A stretch of DNA of 64,000 bases, taken from IMG/VR virus record IMGVR_UViG_3300028591_000016, one strand, 5' to 3'. The notes under the pieces are model-generated. The model did not search any database. It worked only from the letters and a program-made list of their open reading frames with translations, and was not told the origin of the DNA. A program made the translations under genes and the position numbers. Of the stretch, positions 1-9,712 are shown piece by piece (position 1 is the first letter of the stretch; each line of letters begins with the position of its first letter). This stretch comes from an uncultured virus (IMG/VR IMGVR_UViG_3300028591_000016) (Duplodnaviria; Heunggongvirae; Uroviricota; Caudoviricetes).

Positions 1-120
1 AACGGGAGCCTCAACATAATCAAGGGAGCATACGAGATGGAAGAGACTGAAGAGACATTGAGAAAATGTATCAATGAAGCAATGAGACAGACGATAAAAG
101 AGATATTCGAGGAAGAGTAA
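1..120 (+). CDS. hypothetical protein, 3' fragment
   Basis: Open frame from window start to TAA at 118-120; next gene starts 2 nt later. Confidence 0.6.
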   Translation, partial: NGSLNIIKGAYEMEETEETLRKCINEAMRQTIKEIFEEE

Positions 121-122
121 GT

Positions 123-353
123 ATGGCAGAATACAACAGCATGAGAACGATATATGAAGTACAATATCAGAATGGCCAGGGGAACTGGGATGTGTATGCA
201 ATCTTTGAGACATACAAGAAAGCCAAGAAGAAAGCAGAGGAACTGAACATCTCCATCGAAAAGGGAGATGATCCTGATATGATAGTCACAGAGCCTGCGA
301 AGCATTGCAGGATAGTCCAGATGTTGATAATGAAACACGAGATGAAGTACTGA
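123..353 (+). CDS. hypothetical protein (76 aa)
   Basis: ORF in tightly packed + strand array. Confidence 0.75.
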   Translation: MAEYNSMRTIYEVQYQNGQGNWDVYAIFETYKKAKKKAEELNISIEKGDDPDMIVTEPAKHCRIVQMLIMKHEMKY

Positions 354-362
354 GGTGAAACG

Positions 363-719
363 ATGAAGATAACACACATCGATGATGACGTGATAACATT
401 CGATAACGGAAAGACATTGCAAACATATCATGACCAGGATTGTTGCGAAGAGGTCTATGCAGACTTCCCGAACATGCAGGTCATCGGAGAAAGAGAAAAG
501 AACTACGTCAGCGTACGTGACCTGGACTTCTTCGAGGATATACTAGACTCAGTTGTCCCGATAAAAGATCTGGGATTCTATCTCGTGACCAAGCAGGGTA
601 TCTGCATACTAGTGTCATGCTATGATATCCAGAACGGATACTACAACAGTGATCTGTCATTGATATACGATGGCAAGGAGAAGGACATCTCCGAGTGCAC
701 GAAGGAAGAAGAGATCTGA
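363..719 (+). CDS. hypothetical phage protein with HxQDCCE motif
   Basis: GAGGTGA RBS; HDQDCCEEVY and QNGYY motifs typical of a small conserved phage family. Confidence 0.75.
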   Translation: MKITHIDDDVITFDNGKTLQTYHDQDCCEEVYADFPNMQVIGEREKNYVSVRDLDFFEDILDSVVPIKDLGFYLVTKQGICILVSCYDIQNGYYNSDLSLIYDGKEKDISECTKEEEI

Positions 720-737
720 TAGATGAAGGGTGATAAC

Positions 738-953
738 ATGGATGAAGATTGGTTAATATATATAGGAGCGATCATCACTACAGTTATAATCGCGGTGCTT
801 TATCTGCTTGCGATCATAGGTGTGGGATGGATAATCGATTGGCTATTTGGCAAGCTTGCAATCGAGATAGACAAGATACTGTATTGGACAGGCATTGCGT
901 TGCTCATTCCCTTTGTCATCTTTGGTAAGGCAAGTAACAAGAAGGAGGACTGA
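738..953 (+). CDS. small membrane protein
   Basis: GGTGA RBS; two hydrophobic segments. Confidence 0.7.
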   Translation: MDEDWLIYIGAIITTVIIAVLYLLAIIGVGWIIDWLFGKLAIEIDKILYWTGIALLIPFVIFGKASNKKED

Positions 954-957
954 GCAT

Positions 958-1083
958 ATGTTCAGATGTCCGTACGCAGATACGAAGGTATGGTGCAACA
1001 TACGTGAGAACGAAGATGATGATAGCATCGTGTGTGACTCATGTGATGTTATTGTCTTAGTAGGTTGGGATATAAATGACTGA
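958..1083 (+). CDS. Cys-rich microprotein (41 aa)
   Basis: GGAGG RBS; MFRCPY...WC...CDSC. Confidence 0.6.
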   Translation: MFRCPYADTKVWCNIRENEDDDSIVCDSCDVIVLVGWDIND

Positions 1084-1246
1084 TTATGTTTGTTATGGAT
1101 GTAATGAGAACTGTACTTACGATGAGTACGCACTTCGTGACATGGACATCTTATGTGACATCGGTTCTGGCGATGAGATCATAGACATCATGTGTCCTTA
1201 CTTCGGAGACTATACAGAGTTCCATGAAGAAAAGGAACAGGAGTAA
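1076..1246 (+). CDS. Cys-rich microprotein (56 aa), not in ORF track
   Basis: Manual translation MTDYVCYGCNENC...MCPYFGDYTEFHEEKEQE; fills the gap exactly. Confidence 0.65.
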   Translation: MTDYVCYGCNENCTYDEYALRDMDILCDIGSGDEIIDIMCPYFGDYTEFHEEKEQE

Positions 1247-1249
1247 TCT

Positions 1250-1465
1250 ATGAGCACACACGAAGGCCTGGTAATCATCTCCCTTGCATTCTCCATCATA
1301 TGGATATGCATTATGGGACATGACTTCTGGTGCTACTATAAAAAGCACGGAAAGATAGGAGATGTAGAAGACGCGGAATGCATCATGTGGGATGCCATGC
1401 GTATGATCTTCTCTCTTCTCGTGATGATCATAGGACTGAGCTTGGCATTGTTGGAGGTGATATGA
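1250..1465 (+). CDS. small membrane protein
   Basis: Two hydrophobic helices; RBS GGAG. Confidence 0.7.
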   Translation: MSTHEGLVIISLAFSIIWICIMGHDFWCYYKKHGKIGDVEDAECIMWDAMRMIFSLLVMIIGLSLALLEVI

Positions 1466-1666
1466 ATGCCTGAAGAATATCTGGACACCTCTTGTCCTAT
1501 CTGCGGCAAGAAAGATATGGCAGGCTGGTGGGACAGCGATGATGATAATGTCATGATGTTCTGCACAAGATGCAACACGATGTATGCAGTGATGAACAAT
1601 GGTACAAAGATCATGATGACATCCTTGAATAACGAAGAGAAGAAAAAGATCGAAGCAATGAGATAA
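1466..1666 (+). CDS. Zn-ribbon protein
   Basis: CPICG...CTRC; GGAGGTGA RBS. Confidence 0.75.
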   Translation: MPEEYLDTSCPICGKKDMAGWWDSDDDNVMMFCTRCNTMYAVMNNGTKIMMTSLNNEEKKKIEAMR

Positions 1667-1684
1667 TCGTAAGAGGTGATTGAA

Positions 1685-1858
1685 ATGGATAATGAGAAGT
1701 ATGATCTGAACAAGATCTTTGACTTCGGCCCGATGTGTGAGAACGCAAAGGACAAGTATGCAGCGATGAGGACACTCAGAACCCTGCGTGACATGATAGA
1801 CATGATGATCGGAAAGCTCGGCAATGAGATGATCAAGGAAAGGAATGAAAATGAATGA
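1685..1858 (+). CDS. hypothetical protein
   Basis: GAGGTGA RBS. Confidence 0.65.
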   Translation: MDNEKYDLNKIFDFGPMCENAKDKYAAMRTLRTLRDMIDMMIGKLGNEMIKERNENE

Positions 1859-1910
1859 CGACGAAAAGAAAACAATTGAGGCAATGAAAGAACAGTGGGA
1901 GAAGGAATGA
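1851..1910 (+). CDS. 19-aa mini-ORF or gene remnant
   Basis: MNDDEKKTIEAMKEQWEKE resembles the C-terminus of 1466-1666 (NNEEKKKIEAMR). Confidence 0.35.
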   Translation: MNDDEKKTIEAMKEQWEKE

Positions 1911-1914
1911 TACA

Positions 1915-2307
1915 ATGGCAAACGAATGGTACAAGGATAATGATAGGATGAGATACTTCATCAAGGCACTTGAGAACAAACTGAATACGATCTTCAGTTA
2001 TTCAGTCACGGTCGATGACTGGGAGTGGTATATCCCTAAGATCCACAAGACAGATGAGCAGTACCTGGAGATCAAAGGGAATGTATCCGGCGAGTCCAGC
2101 TACTCATGCAACTACAGGGACGCGGACGACTTCGACATAGTGGAATTCGATTTCGATACGCCGGTGTTCGCAGGCCACTTCCCTGAGTCGATGCTCAAGG
2201 AGAACACCAAGCAGCAGTTCTTCGAGATGATGGTAAAAGACTTCATCGATGAAATAGAGAATGCAGTGGAAGACTACGCAGCGAACGCAAGAGAGAACAA
2301 CGATTGA
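1915..2307 (+). CDS. hypothetical protein
   Basis: 130-aa ORF in array. Confidence 0.75.
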   Translation: MANEWYKDNDRMRYFIKALENKLNTIFSYSVTVDDWEWYIPKIHKTDEQYLEIKGNVSGESSYSCNYRDADDFDIVEFDFDTPVFAGHFPESMLKENTKQQFFEMMVKDFIDEIENAVEDYAANARENND

Positions 2308-2319
2308 AACAAGGAGAGT

Positions 2320-2823
2320 ATGAAAATGGAAATGGACATGGAGTTCAGACTGAAGATGGCAGAGGAATACATCCATCAACAGTATGTGAATGAATGCAAG
2401 GAGAGCGGATGGAATATCAAAAGGAAAGCGAACCTGTATAAGGATCTTCCTCCGAGCATGCACGAACCTATCCTGGACAGAATGGCAGACGAGGTAGTGG
2501 TCGATTACCTCCAGGCATTGATCGGCAGGATCTATGAGAACAGACTCTGGTCATCAAAGGATTACGACAATGCACCTCCGTACATCAAAGAGAAACAACC
2601 AAAGTGGTTACTCATCCTGATCGAGAAGGTAGTCAACGGAACATTCGAGAACTGCCTGGATCTTCTGGGCACGGACTTCAAGTACTTTAAGGATGCAGAG
2701 TACCTCAGATATACTGATGATGGGTCACAGAAGAACTGGGAAAGGATGATGGAGCTCATGCATAAACACTGTCAAAAGCTCTGCGGACTGGGAGCTGATG
2801 ATCATGAAGAAGGCAAGGACTGA
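2320..2823 (+). CDS. hypothetical protein
   Basis: 167-aa ORF, AGGAG RBS. Confidence 0.75.
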   Translation: MKMEMDMEFRLKMAEEYIHQQYVNECKESGWNIKRKANLYKDLPPSMHEPILDRMADEVVVDYLQALIGRIYENRLWSSKDYDNAPPYIKEKQPKWLLILIEKVVNGTFENCLDLLGTDFKYFKDAEYLRYTDDGSQKNWERMMELMHKHCQKLCGLGADDHEEGKD

Positions 2824-3541
2824 AAAACGTCAGGTAAAAAGAAAAGTGGGTTGTGATCTCTCTGATCCTGAATTGAATCGCAAACCAAAAGATGGATATG
2901 GGTTCATCTATAAGTACACATTCAAGAATGGTAAATGCTACATAGGACAAACAACTAATTCAAATAAAATAAGAATTAGAAATCATTGCTATTGTAATGA
3001 TTATCCCGTGGATAGAGCAATACGTTCTGGTGCAAAATTCAATGTGGATATATTATCAGAGGTTCCAATGGAATATCTGGATGACGCAGAAAGATATTGC
3101 ATTGCATACTTCAACACATTGGTGCCGAATGGATATAACCTGATATCAGGAGGAAAACAATTCAGGATGAGTGATGAACTAAAGAAAAGGATTGGAATAA
3201 AAAGTAAAGAGTACTGGATTGGAATGAATGAGACACAGAAAAAGAAACGTATGACCCCGTTGATAAATAGCAGAAAGATAAAGATAATATGCATAGAAAC
3301 AGGAGAGATATATGAATCGATGAATGAAGCTGCCCGTAAAAATAACACAAGCGCAGGACATATCCATAATGCAATACACGGCATAAGACATACAGCTGGA
3401 GGTTATCACTGGACAACATACTCAAAAACAATATTACAATATAAAAACGAAATAGTATCATATCTAACTCAATTCGAAAAAGAGATCGATACAATAAACC
3501 GCAGAAAACTTCCAATGAATTTCAAATCAAAGAAGGTATAA
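2798..3541 (+). CDS. GIY-YIG homing endonuclease with NUMOD1-type DNA-binding domain
   Basis: GFIYKYTFKNGKCYIGQT (GIY-YIG), PNGYNL..GG, IICIETGEIYESMNEAARK...TAGGYHW. Confidence 0.85.
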   Translation: MIMKKARTEKRQVKRKVGCDLSDPELNRKPKDGYGFIYKYTFKNGKCYIGQTTNSNKIRIRNHCYCNDYPVDRAIRSGAKFNVDILSEVPMEYLDDAERYCIAYFNTLVPNGYNLISGGKQFRMSDELKKRIGIKSKEYWIGMNETQKKKRMTPLINSRKIKIICIETGEIYESMNEAARKNNTSAGHIHNAIHGIRHTAGGYHWTTYSKTILQYKNEIVSYLTQFEKEIDTINRRKLPMNFKSKKV

Positions 3542-3543
3542 GA

Positions 3544-3963
3544 ATGGCAAAGAAAGAGGACATAACAATAAAGGAATCAGGCCTTAAGGTCGGAGACATC
3601 CTTATAGGTCAGACGCATATGTATCGCACCATCACATATTGGTACGAGATCATCAAGGTAACAGAGAAGAGACTGGAAGTAAGAGAACTTCCTGTCGCTT
3701 ATCCCACGGCATACAGAAACAACACACCTGGAGATCAGTGCATGCCTGTACTGAACGTGAAAGATAACTGGTACATCCCGAACGGTTATCCTTACACGGA
3801 TCCTCTCAGGGAATGTTCGAAACCCGTGAGAGGAAAGGCAGTGAGATACACAGTGGATACAACGAAGGGAAAGTCGACCCGTATCTACGTAGATATCCCT
3901 GGCAACTACTCCCCGTTGCTCTCTCTATGGGATGGAACACCGGGATGGGTGAACTGTGACTGA
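3544..3963 (+). CDS. hypothetical protein
   Basis: 139-aa ORF. Confidence 0.75.
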   Translation: MAKKEDITIKESGLKVGDILIGQTHMYRTITYWYEIIKVTEKRLEVRELPVAYPTAYRNNTPGDQCMPVLNVKDNWYIPNGYPYTDPLRECSKPVRGKAVRYTVDTTKGKSTRIYVDIPGNYSPLLSLWDGTPGWVNCD

Positions 3964-3985
3964 AACCATTTAATCAACAGGAGGT

Positions 3986-4222
3986 ATGAAAATGGCATTT
4001 GTATACAGCAAAGATGATGAACATCTGCTTATCCAGTGTAAGCAGTGCAAAGGGATAATCGAATTCCCTTGCGACAAGGAACTTCACGAGAGGATATCCT
4101 CAAAGGATTTCAGATTCGAGAACATATCCGATCTGGATGACATGCGCAGGCATGCGATACTCCTCAATGTCTGCGACACCTGCTTCAAAGGATTAAGCAA
4201 GAAAAAGGAGACGAAGGAATGA
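3986..4222 (+). CDS. Zn-finger protein
   Basis: CKQC...CDTC; GGAGGT RBS. Confidence 0.7.
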   Translation: MKMAFVYSKDDEHLLIQCKQCKGIIEFPCDKELHERISSKDFRFENISDLDDMRRHAILLNVCDTCFKGLSKKKETKE

Positions 4223-4767
4223 CCGAATATATCTACAACAGGAACCAGATAACACTCGGCCCGGGAGTAGAACTCGACTTCGAACTGTACCGTGACAGGT
4301 GGAAATCCGGAGTGGATACCATCCCGCAAGTGAGCGTCACCGTGGACATCAAGGGACTGAAAAGGAATCGCAGGTTCGATGAAGTCCTAGAGACATATCC
4401 GGATGCGCAGATGGTAGAATACTTCGACCCGAACACGCACAAAATTGCAGAGATGGCCGGTAATAAGAACAGGCACATGATCTTTATCTTCCTCCTGAGA
4501 AACGAGAATGATCTCGCGAATCTCAGAGAAAGTATAGGGCTGGCTTCACAATGGCATGATGGATTGAGGAGAACTGTCAATCAGTATTGGGAAGACCCGA
4601 GATACAAGGCATATCACCTTTTCAAGAACATTCCGGTACCTTCGAGAGCATTCACAATCTACATGAATACGAATATCGAACCAGAGTTGGCTATGGAGAA
4701 GGAATATCTGGGAATTATGGATAAATTCCTTGACTTCGGCTTTTTCATAGCCAGAGAATTACATTAA
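4219..4767 (+). CDS. hypothetical protein
   Basis: ATGA-coupled 182-aa ORF. Confidence 0.75.
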   Translation: MTEYIYNRNQITLGPGVELDFELYRDRWKSGVDTIPQVSVTVDIKGLKRNRRFDEVLETYPDAQMVEYFDPNTHKIAEMAGNKNRHMIFIFLLRNENDLANLRESIGLASQWHDGLRRTVNQYWEDPRYKAYHLFKNIPVPSRAFTIYMNTNIEPELAMEKEYLGIMDKFLDFGFFIARELH

Positions 4768-4796
4768 ACATTTTACCTTTTTAGGAGGGACAAAAA

Positions 4797-5552
4797 ATGG
4801 GAAGACCAAAAGCAGAAAAGAAAAGCAATGGAAATGTTGCAAGAAGACAGGCAGACTTGAAAAGAATGTGCGGTTCCGTGGATACACAGGAACCTAAACC
4901 ATTCAATCCAAACTTCATGGGTGTGAACCCTGTGAAGAACACGGAGATCAACGATCCCAAAGAGAAGATGATGAGGGATGAATTGGAGACATACATCAAT
5001 AACTTCGTCCCGTATTCCGGACAGGACTTCGATGACAGCGGTGTCATCAATAGATTCTTCGTACAGCGCAGCAACCCTGTGCTCGGGATCATAGACGGGC
5101 GCAGAATGATCTGTTTGATGTGCATAGATCGCATCAAGGATCTGACCATTGAGGAGTTCACCGAGGGAGTTGTCGGGCCTGCAAGGTCGAATCCAGTCAC
5201 CGTATGTTCGCAGGTCGATATCATCGCTGACTGGATGGCCGGAGGAATCGTGGTGAATCACAGACTCACTCCCGCGGAGAAGGAATCCGGACGCAAGGAC
5301 TACACGCCGATCCTTGATAAGAAACTCGAGCTCACAGCTGACGGCAGGCAGCTCCTGTTCAAGATGGAGTCGCTGCTGGATGACCTCACAAGAAACCTTC
5401 TCATAGATGCTGTGACAAGGAGGGATATCTACATACAGAGACTGAGGGCAGAGAAGAAGAACAAACAGAAGGCGAAGAAAAGCAGGCAGTTATTCTCCGA
5501 GGATAACATGAGTGCCATCGCAAAACTGAAGGAGTTACTTGCACATAAGTGA
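4797..5552 (+). CDS. hypothetical protein
   Basis: AGGAGG RBS; 251 aa. Confidence 0.8.
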   Translation: MGRPKAEKKSNGNVARRQADLKRMCGSVDTQEPKPFNPNFMGVNPVKNTEINDPKEKMMRDELETYINNFVPYSGQDFDDSGVINRFFVQRSNPVLGIIDGRRMICLMCIDRIKDLTIEEFTEGVVGPARSNPVTVCSQVDIIADWMAGGIVVNHRLTPAEKESGRKDYTPILDKKLELTADGRQLLFKMESLLDDLTRNLLIDAVTRRDIYIQRLRAEKKNKQKAKKSRQLFSEDNMSAIAKLKELLAHK

Positions 5553-5556
5553 TCAT

Positions 5557-5847
5557 ATGTTTGGAATAAACGGGAGAAAGAGGAGAGAGAAGAAATGCAA
5601 CAGTATCCTGAGCAATATCATCACGACCAACGAAGTCCTTGGCGTGTATTGCAAAAGGATAAAGGATAGTATCATGCAGAACGAGGGCAATATCATGAAC
5701 GTATACCAGGAGATCTCGTTCACCATATCAAAGGATTATGATGAGCCGGATCGTGATGTATGCGATCGTGTATCTGTCACTCTTGTTACCATGATACGCA
5801 TGTCTGCTAACAACTACAAGGATTTGGAGTACAAATATCATGGTTGA
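5557..5847 (+). CDS. hypothetical protein
   Basis: ATG 4 nt after previous stop. Confidence 0.65.
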   Translation: MFGINGRKRREKKCNSILSNIITTNEVLGVYCKRIKDSIMQNEGNIMNVYQEISFTISKDYDEPDRDVCDRVSVTLVTMIRMSANNYKDLEYKYHG

Positions 5848-6052
5848 ACATAAATATACCATCTATCGGAAGACCATCGAAAAGATAACGATGACCGAGA
5901 AGGATGGTGTTGAGTGTCTGTCTGATGCCTGGAAGGTCGGGAAGAAGATGTTGGGTGATCCGCTCATCGATCCTTCCGATTATCCGGAGGACAGAGAGAT
6001 ACGTGTGAGATGGAAGGTCATACGCGGAGAGGTCGATCCTGATAAGGAATGA
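5840..6052 (+). CDS. hypothetical protein
   Basis: GGAG RBS; overlap-coupled. Confidence 0.65.
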   Translation: MVEHKYTIYRKTIEKITMTEKDGVECLSDAWKVGKKMLGDPLIDPSDYPEDREIRVRWKVIRGEVDPDKE

Positions 6053-6067
6053 CTTTTCGTGATGATA

Positions 6068-6113
6068 CTGTATAGATAATGTATATATATTATGTAGACT
6101 ATATCTATATCAG
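6068..6113 (+). promoter_or_regulatory. AT-rich promoter with flanking TATAGATA/TATCTATA inverted half-sites
   Basis: Intergenic TATATATAT between TATAGATA (6071) and TATCTATA (6102). Confidence 0.5.
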
Positions 6114-6164
6114 TAAACCAATTAGCTAAACTTGTTAATTGAAAAAGAAAAAGGAGAAAGAAAC

Positions 6165-6707
6165 ATGGCAGGATATGCAGATGTTATGAGAGGAATTGTG
6201 AACGAAGCAACCGAGGATGTCCTTGACGTCGTGTGTGGAGCATACATGTGCAACGTAGACGTCGGGAACAAGGTCGATGAGCCGGCAATCATCACCATCG
6301 AGAATAAGAAGTACGGTTCCAAGAGACTTCTCGGAAAGGATGTCAAGGTCGTCACCTATGATATCGCAGTCTACTCCTGTAACGAGGAGAGGGCAAGGCA
6401 GGGAAAGAAGAGCTGGCTCTGTGTCAACAAGGTTCCTTCCGCACTCGGACTTCTGGAGAACGAGATCGACTCCATCAAGACCGAGGAGGATGCGAAGACA
6501 AAAGTATCCACAATGCTCGCAGCCGGGTTCGAGTCTGCGGTCGGCATGGTCATCAAGTCCATGGACAAGATGTCCGATGCGGACGAGCAAAGGTTCAAGG
6601 AGGACATTGTCACAAATGATGAGCTCATGGAGGAGATGTTCGGAGACATGACAAAATGGGATGATGATGAGGACGAAGACGAGGGTGAGGATGAGTACGA
6701 TGACTGA
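6165..6707 (+). CDS. hypothetical protein with acidic tail
   Basis: AGGAG RBS; DDDEDEDEGEDEYDD C-terminus. Confidence 0.75.
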   Translation: MAGYADVMRGIVNEATEDVLDVVCGAYMCNVDVGNKVDEPAIITIENKKYGSKRLLGKDVKVVTYDIAVYSCNEERARQGKKSWLCVNKVPSALGLLENEIDSIKTEEDAKTKVSTMLAAGFESAVGMVIKSMDKMSDADEQRFKEDIVTNDELMEEMFGDMTKWDDDEDEDEGEDEYDD

Positions 6708-6957
6708 GGAGTGTCCGGACACCGGTGAGCTCAGAGTCGAACAGCTCAGGAAGCTGACGTTCTCTCAGCTGGATGATCTGGCTAAAGGGCTCATCGCTTC
6801 TGTCGAGTCCGGGATGAAAGTCATCAGAATCCTTGAGGAGAATACGGACATCAAGACAAAGATGATGAGGATGGGGATTACCACGTTCATCAATCTCATC
6901 AAGGAAGTGTCCGTTGCATATGAAGAGAGAGTAAAGGAGGAAATAAAGAAAGACTGA
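6700..6957 (+). CDS. hypothetical protein
   Basis: Overlap-coupled ORF. Confidence 0.65.
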   Translation: MTEECPDTGELRVEQLRKLTFSQLDDLAKGLIASVESGMKVIRILEENTDIKTKMMRMGITTFINLIKEVSVAYEERVKEEIKKD

Positions 6958-6999
6958 AACTGTCCGTGCTGAGATGCACCCTGTTATAATACCTTGACT

Positions 7000-7032
7000 A
7001 AACCATTTGAAACCTTTTACCAAACCTTTTAC
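7000..7032 (+). terminator. AAACC(A/T)TTT tandem motif, probable archaeal terminator
   Basis: AAACCATTT-G-AAACCTTTTAC-C-AAACCTTTTAC; similar motifs at 3963, 8834-8867, 41290, 43724, 55705. Confidence 0.45.
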
Positions 7033-7055
7033 TTGTACTTAACAGAGGTTATACA

Positions 7056-8834
7056 ATGACTGAATTCGGAGACAAAGTTGCAATGTATATGAATTCCATC
7101 AATGGAAATGGAATCGATGAGAAAGAGAAGGCCCTCACAAAGAGGGAGAAGAAGCAGACCACCTACAGATATGAGGCAGAGGTCAGCGGGATCGACGCGA
7201 TCATCACTTACTATGTAAGTGAGAAAGAAAAGATGAAGCTCGTGATGTTCCTTTCGCAGACGAACGAGAACGGACTGCCGGTGTGCTTCATCCAGGAGAA
7301 GGGGAAGAACCTGATCTGCGATGAGACCACACTGAAATCATTCCTCAACGGGCTGATCCACACGGATATGTTCCCGAACGGATACGTGGACATCAAGGAC
7401 AAGAAGACCGGAGAGCTCTGTGAGTCGATGCCCAGGATGTACAAGGCCAACGGCGGAGACTACGGCAACAGGTTCATCAGGTGCTTCCTGTTCATGATAT
7501 CTCACAAGAAGTTCATCGAACATATCAAACAGGGACTGATCAACCTGGAGATCATGTATAGGATAATCGATTACGAGGAAGGCAGATCTCACTGGGGAAG
7601 AGAGTCGATGTATATTCCGTGGTTCATCCGCGCGACCGGAAGGTACGGTCTTTCGATGGATGGGTTCGAGCAGGCGTATTCGCCCGGAAAGAGAAAGGTG
7701 TTCAACGAAGAGAAGGGAGAGATAGAGGATGTGTTCGATCCGAACTTCTATCCTTACCTTGCAGATGATAACGATGGACTTCATCTGAAGATGTTCAAGG
7801 CAGGCATGAAGCATGCTCTCGAGGACAATGCACTGAACAAGGTCACCGCGCTTTTGAATTTCTATTCAGACAGGACAGATACCGGCAGGAGAGACCACAA
7901 GAACTTCACTCAGAAACTGTATTACACTTTCCTGATCCTTGCGAACAGATACGATGAGCCATATGCAACAGAATGCATGATGGATTATCTGACACACCCG
8001 AAGCTAAACAACCTGTACTATGAGAAGCTCGACAGTCTTCTCAGGATCAATGCGAGAGCATATGCCATAGGTGCAGGATCTGTCACCGATCCTAACAACC
8101 GTTACAGAAGCAACAGCTACACGACCGTGCCTGGAAACCTCATCTATCATAGGCTGAACGAGGATAATGAGAAGCTCACTCTCAAACTCAACAAGACCAG
8201 CCTGTGGGATTACATCCTGTACGAGTCCTCGATGGGAAGGGGAGACAACCTCGGAGATATGCTCAGCACATGGATAGATTATCTCACGGGTCATCTGTCA
8301 TTCCACGGAAAGGTGGACGACAAGTATCCGGAGTACCTCGGTGACATGGAGGTGAAGATCCTGGATCAGTGCAAGGATCTGAAAGAGTTCGATAAGGCCG
8401 AGCTTCTGAAGATGAAGGCAGAGATCGGTGCGAAGTACTGCGAGCTTTCGATCGGTGAGTACGAGCTTCACATCTTCAAGGAGATAAGGGAGTTCATCGA
8501 TGAAGCGTCTTACATGAACAACTGTCTGGAGAAGATGGACTATGCAACGAGAGTTACCGAGGGCAAGCACTGGATAGGATCGTTCAGGAAGAAGAATGAC
8601 CTCGATGAGAAGTCCATCTTCACTGTGGAGATCAGTCCTCTTACAGGAATGATGACACAGATCAAGTGCAGGTTCAACCACCTTCCTGAGAGAGACCACA
8701 GGGACGAGGAGATGAAAGTCCTGAAGAAGATGCAGGACAAGATCTACAAGGCGATGATGGACGATGGGGTCATCGCCAACATCGAGGGATACGGCCCTGA
8801 GTTCGATTTCATTCTTAAGAACCAGCAGCAGTAA
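7056..8834 (+). CDS. PcfJ-like domain protein
   Basis: C-terminal EFIDEASYMNNCL..YATRVTEGK.WIGSFRKK...FTVEI...QIKCRFN pattern. Confidence 0.7.
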   Translation: MTEFGDKVAMYMNSINGNGIDEKEKALTKREKKQTTYRYEAEVSGIDAIITYYVSEKEKMKLVMFLSQTNENGLPVCFIQEKGKNLICDETTLKSFLNGLIHTDMFPNGYVDIKDKKTGELCESMPRMYKANGGDYGNRFIRCFLFMISHKKFIEHIKQGLINLEIMYRIIDYEEGRSHWGRESMYIPWFIRATGRYGLSMDGFEQAYSPGKRKVFNEEKGEIEDVFDPNFYPYLADDNDGLHLKMFKAGMKHALEDNALNKVTALLNFYSDRTDTGRRDHKNFTQKLYYTFLILANRYDEPYATECMMDYLTHPKLNNLYYEKLDSLLRINARAYAIGAGSVTDPNNRYRSNSYTTVPGNLIYHRLNEDNEKLTLKLNKTSLWDYILYESSMGRGDNLGDMLSTWIDYLTGHLSFHGKVDDKYPEYLGDMEVKILDQCKDLKEFDKAELLKMKAEIGAKYCELSIGEYELHIFKEIREFIDEASYMNNCLEKMDYATRVTEGKHWIGSFRKKNDLDEKSIFTVEISPLTGMMTQIKCRFNHLPERDHRDEEMKVLKKMQDKIYKAMMDDGVIANIEGYGPEFDFILKNQQQ

Positions 8835-8882
8835 ACCTATTCGTCAAACCTTTTCAAAACCTTTTCAGTAAATGGTGATACC

Positions 8883-9071
8883 ATGGAGAAAGACAAGGAG
8901 TTCTACGAGAACATTATGAAAGAGTCCTGCTCTCTGCAGGGAATGTACGGAAGATTCTACCATCTGGAATATGAACAGTGGCCTGAGGATTACCAGGATC
9001 AGTTCATTGAAGAGATGGACAAAGCAGGCGTAGACAGTCTGCTGGATTATGTGATGTTCATGGAGGCTTGA
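8883..9071 (+). CDS. hypothetical protein
   Basis: GGTGA RBS. Confidence 0.65.
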   Translation: MEKDKEFYENIMKESCSLQGMYGRFYHLEYEQWPEDYQDQFIEEMDKAGVDSLLDYVMFMEA

Positions 9072-9073
9072 AT

Positions 9074-9712
9074 ATGGGACAGTATTACACACCGGTGATC
9101 AGGTCAAGCGATGGAGATATGCAGAAGCTCTATTCGCATGACTACGATAATGGACTGAAGCTGATGGAGCATTCGTATCTTGCGAATGAGTTCGTCAATG
9201 CAGTCCTGTTCACGATGGAAGACATCTGTAAGGAGATGGACTATGTCCGGCTCTATTGGATGGGTGACTATGCAGATGATGTCATCCCTAAGGATGACAA
9301 GGAGAAGATGGCTGCATACAGATACTCCAGGAACGAGAAGAAACCGTACTACAAGTTCGTGCTCACCGAGGATGTGATGACCACGGTCGGTTGGCTGGTA
9401 CAGAACCTGGACAAACATGTGGTGCTGAACATTCCTTCGTTCAGTTATGGATACTGCACGATCAATGTCCTTCCGCTGCTCACCAACTGCGGTAACGGAC
9501 TAGGCGGAGGAGACTTCGAAGGTGTATTGAAGCTGGATGATGAGGTGATATCAGTGAATGATATCGGGCCATGGGCAGGCGATCGTCTGAATGTCATAGG
9601 CATTCACTCGAATACATATGACGAGGTAGAGCTGGCATGGGATTGTATAAAGAGGAATGATCCGGAAGTGAAGCATTTCTATCCGGAGATCTATGTGAAG
9701 GAGGAATTGTAA
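9074..9712 (+). CDS. conserved phage hypothetical protein (MGQYY...GLKLMEHSY family)
   Basis: MGQYY, GLKLMEHSY, W.GDYAD, LPLLT..GNG.GGGDF, GPWAGD motifs. Confidence 0.75.
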   Translation: MGQYYTPVIRSSDGDMQKLYSHDYDNGLKLMEHSYLANEFVNAVLFTMEDICKEMDYVRLYWMGDYADDVIPKDDKEKMAAYRYSRNEKKPYYKFVLTEDVMTTVGWLVQNLDKHVVLNIPSFSYGYCTINVLPLLTNCGNGLGGGDFEGVLKLDDEVISVNDIGPWAGDRLNVIGIHSNTYDEVELAWDCIKRNDPEVKHFYPEIYVKEEL

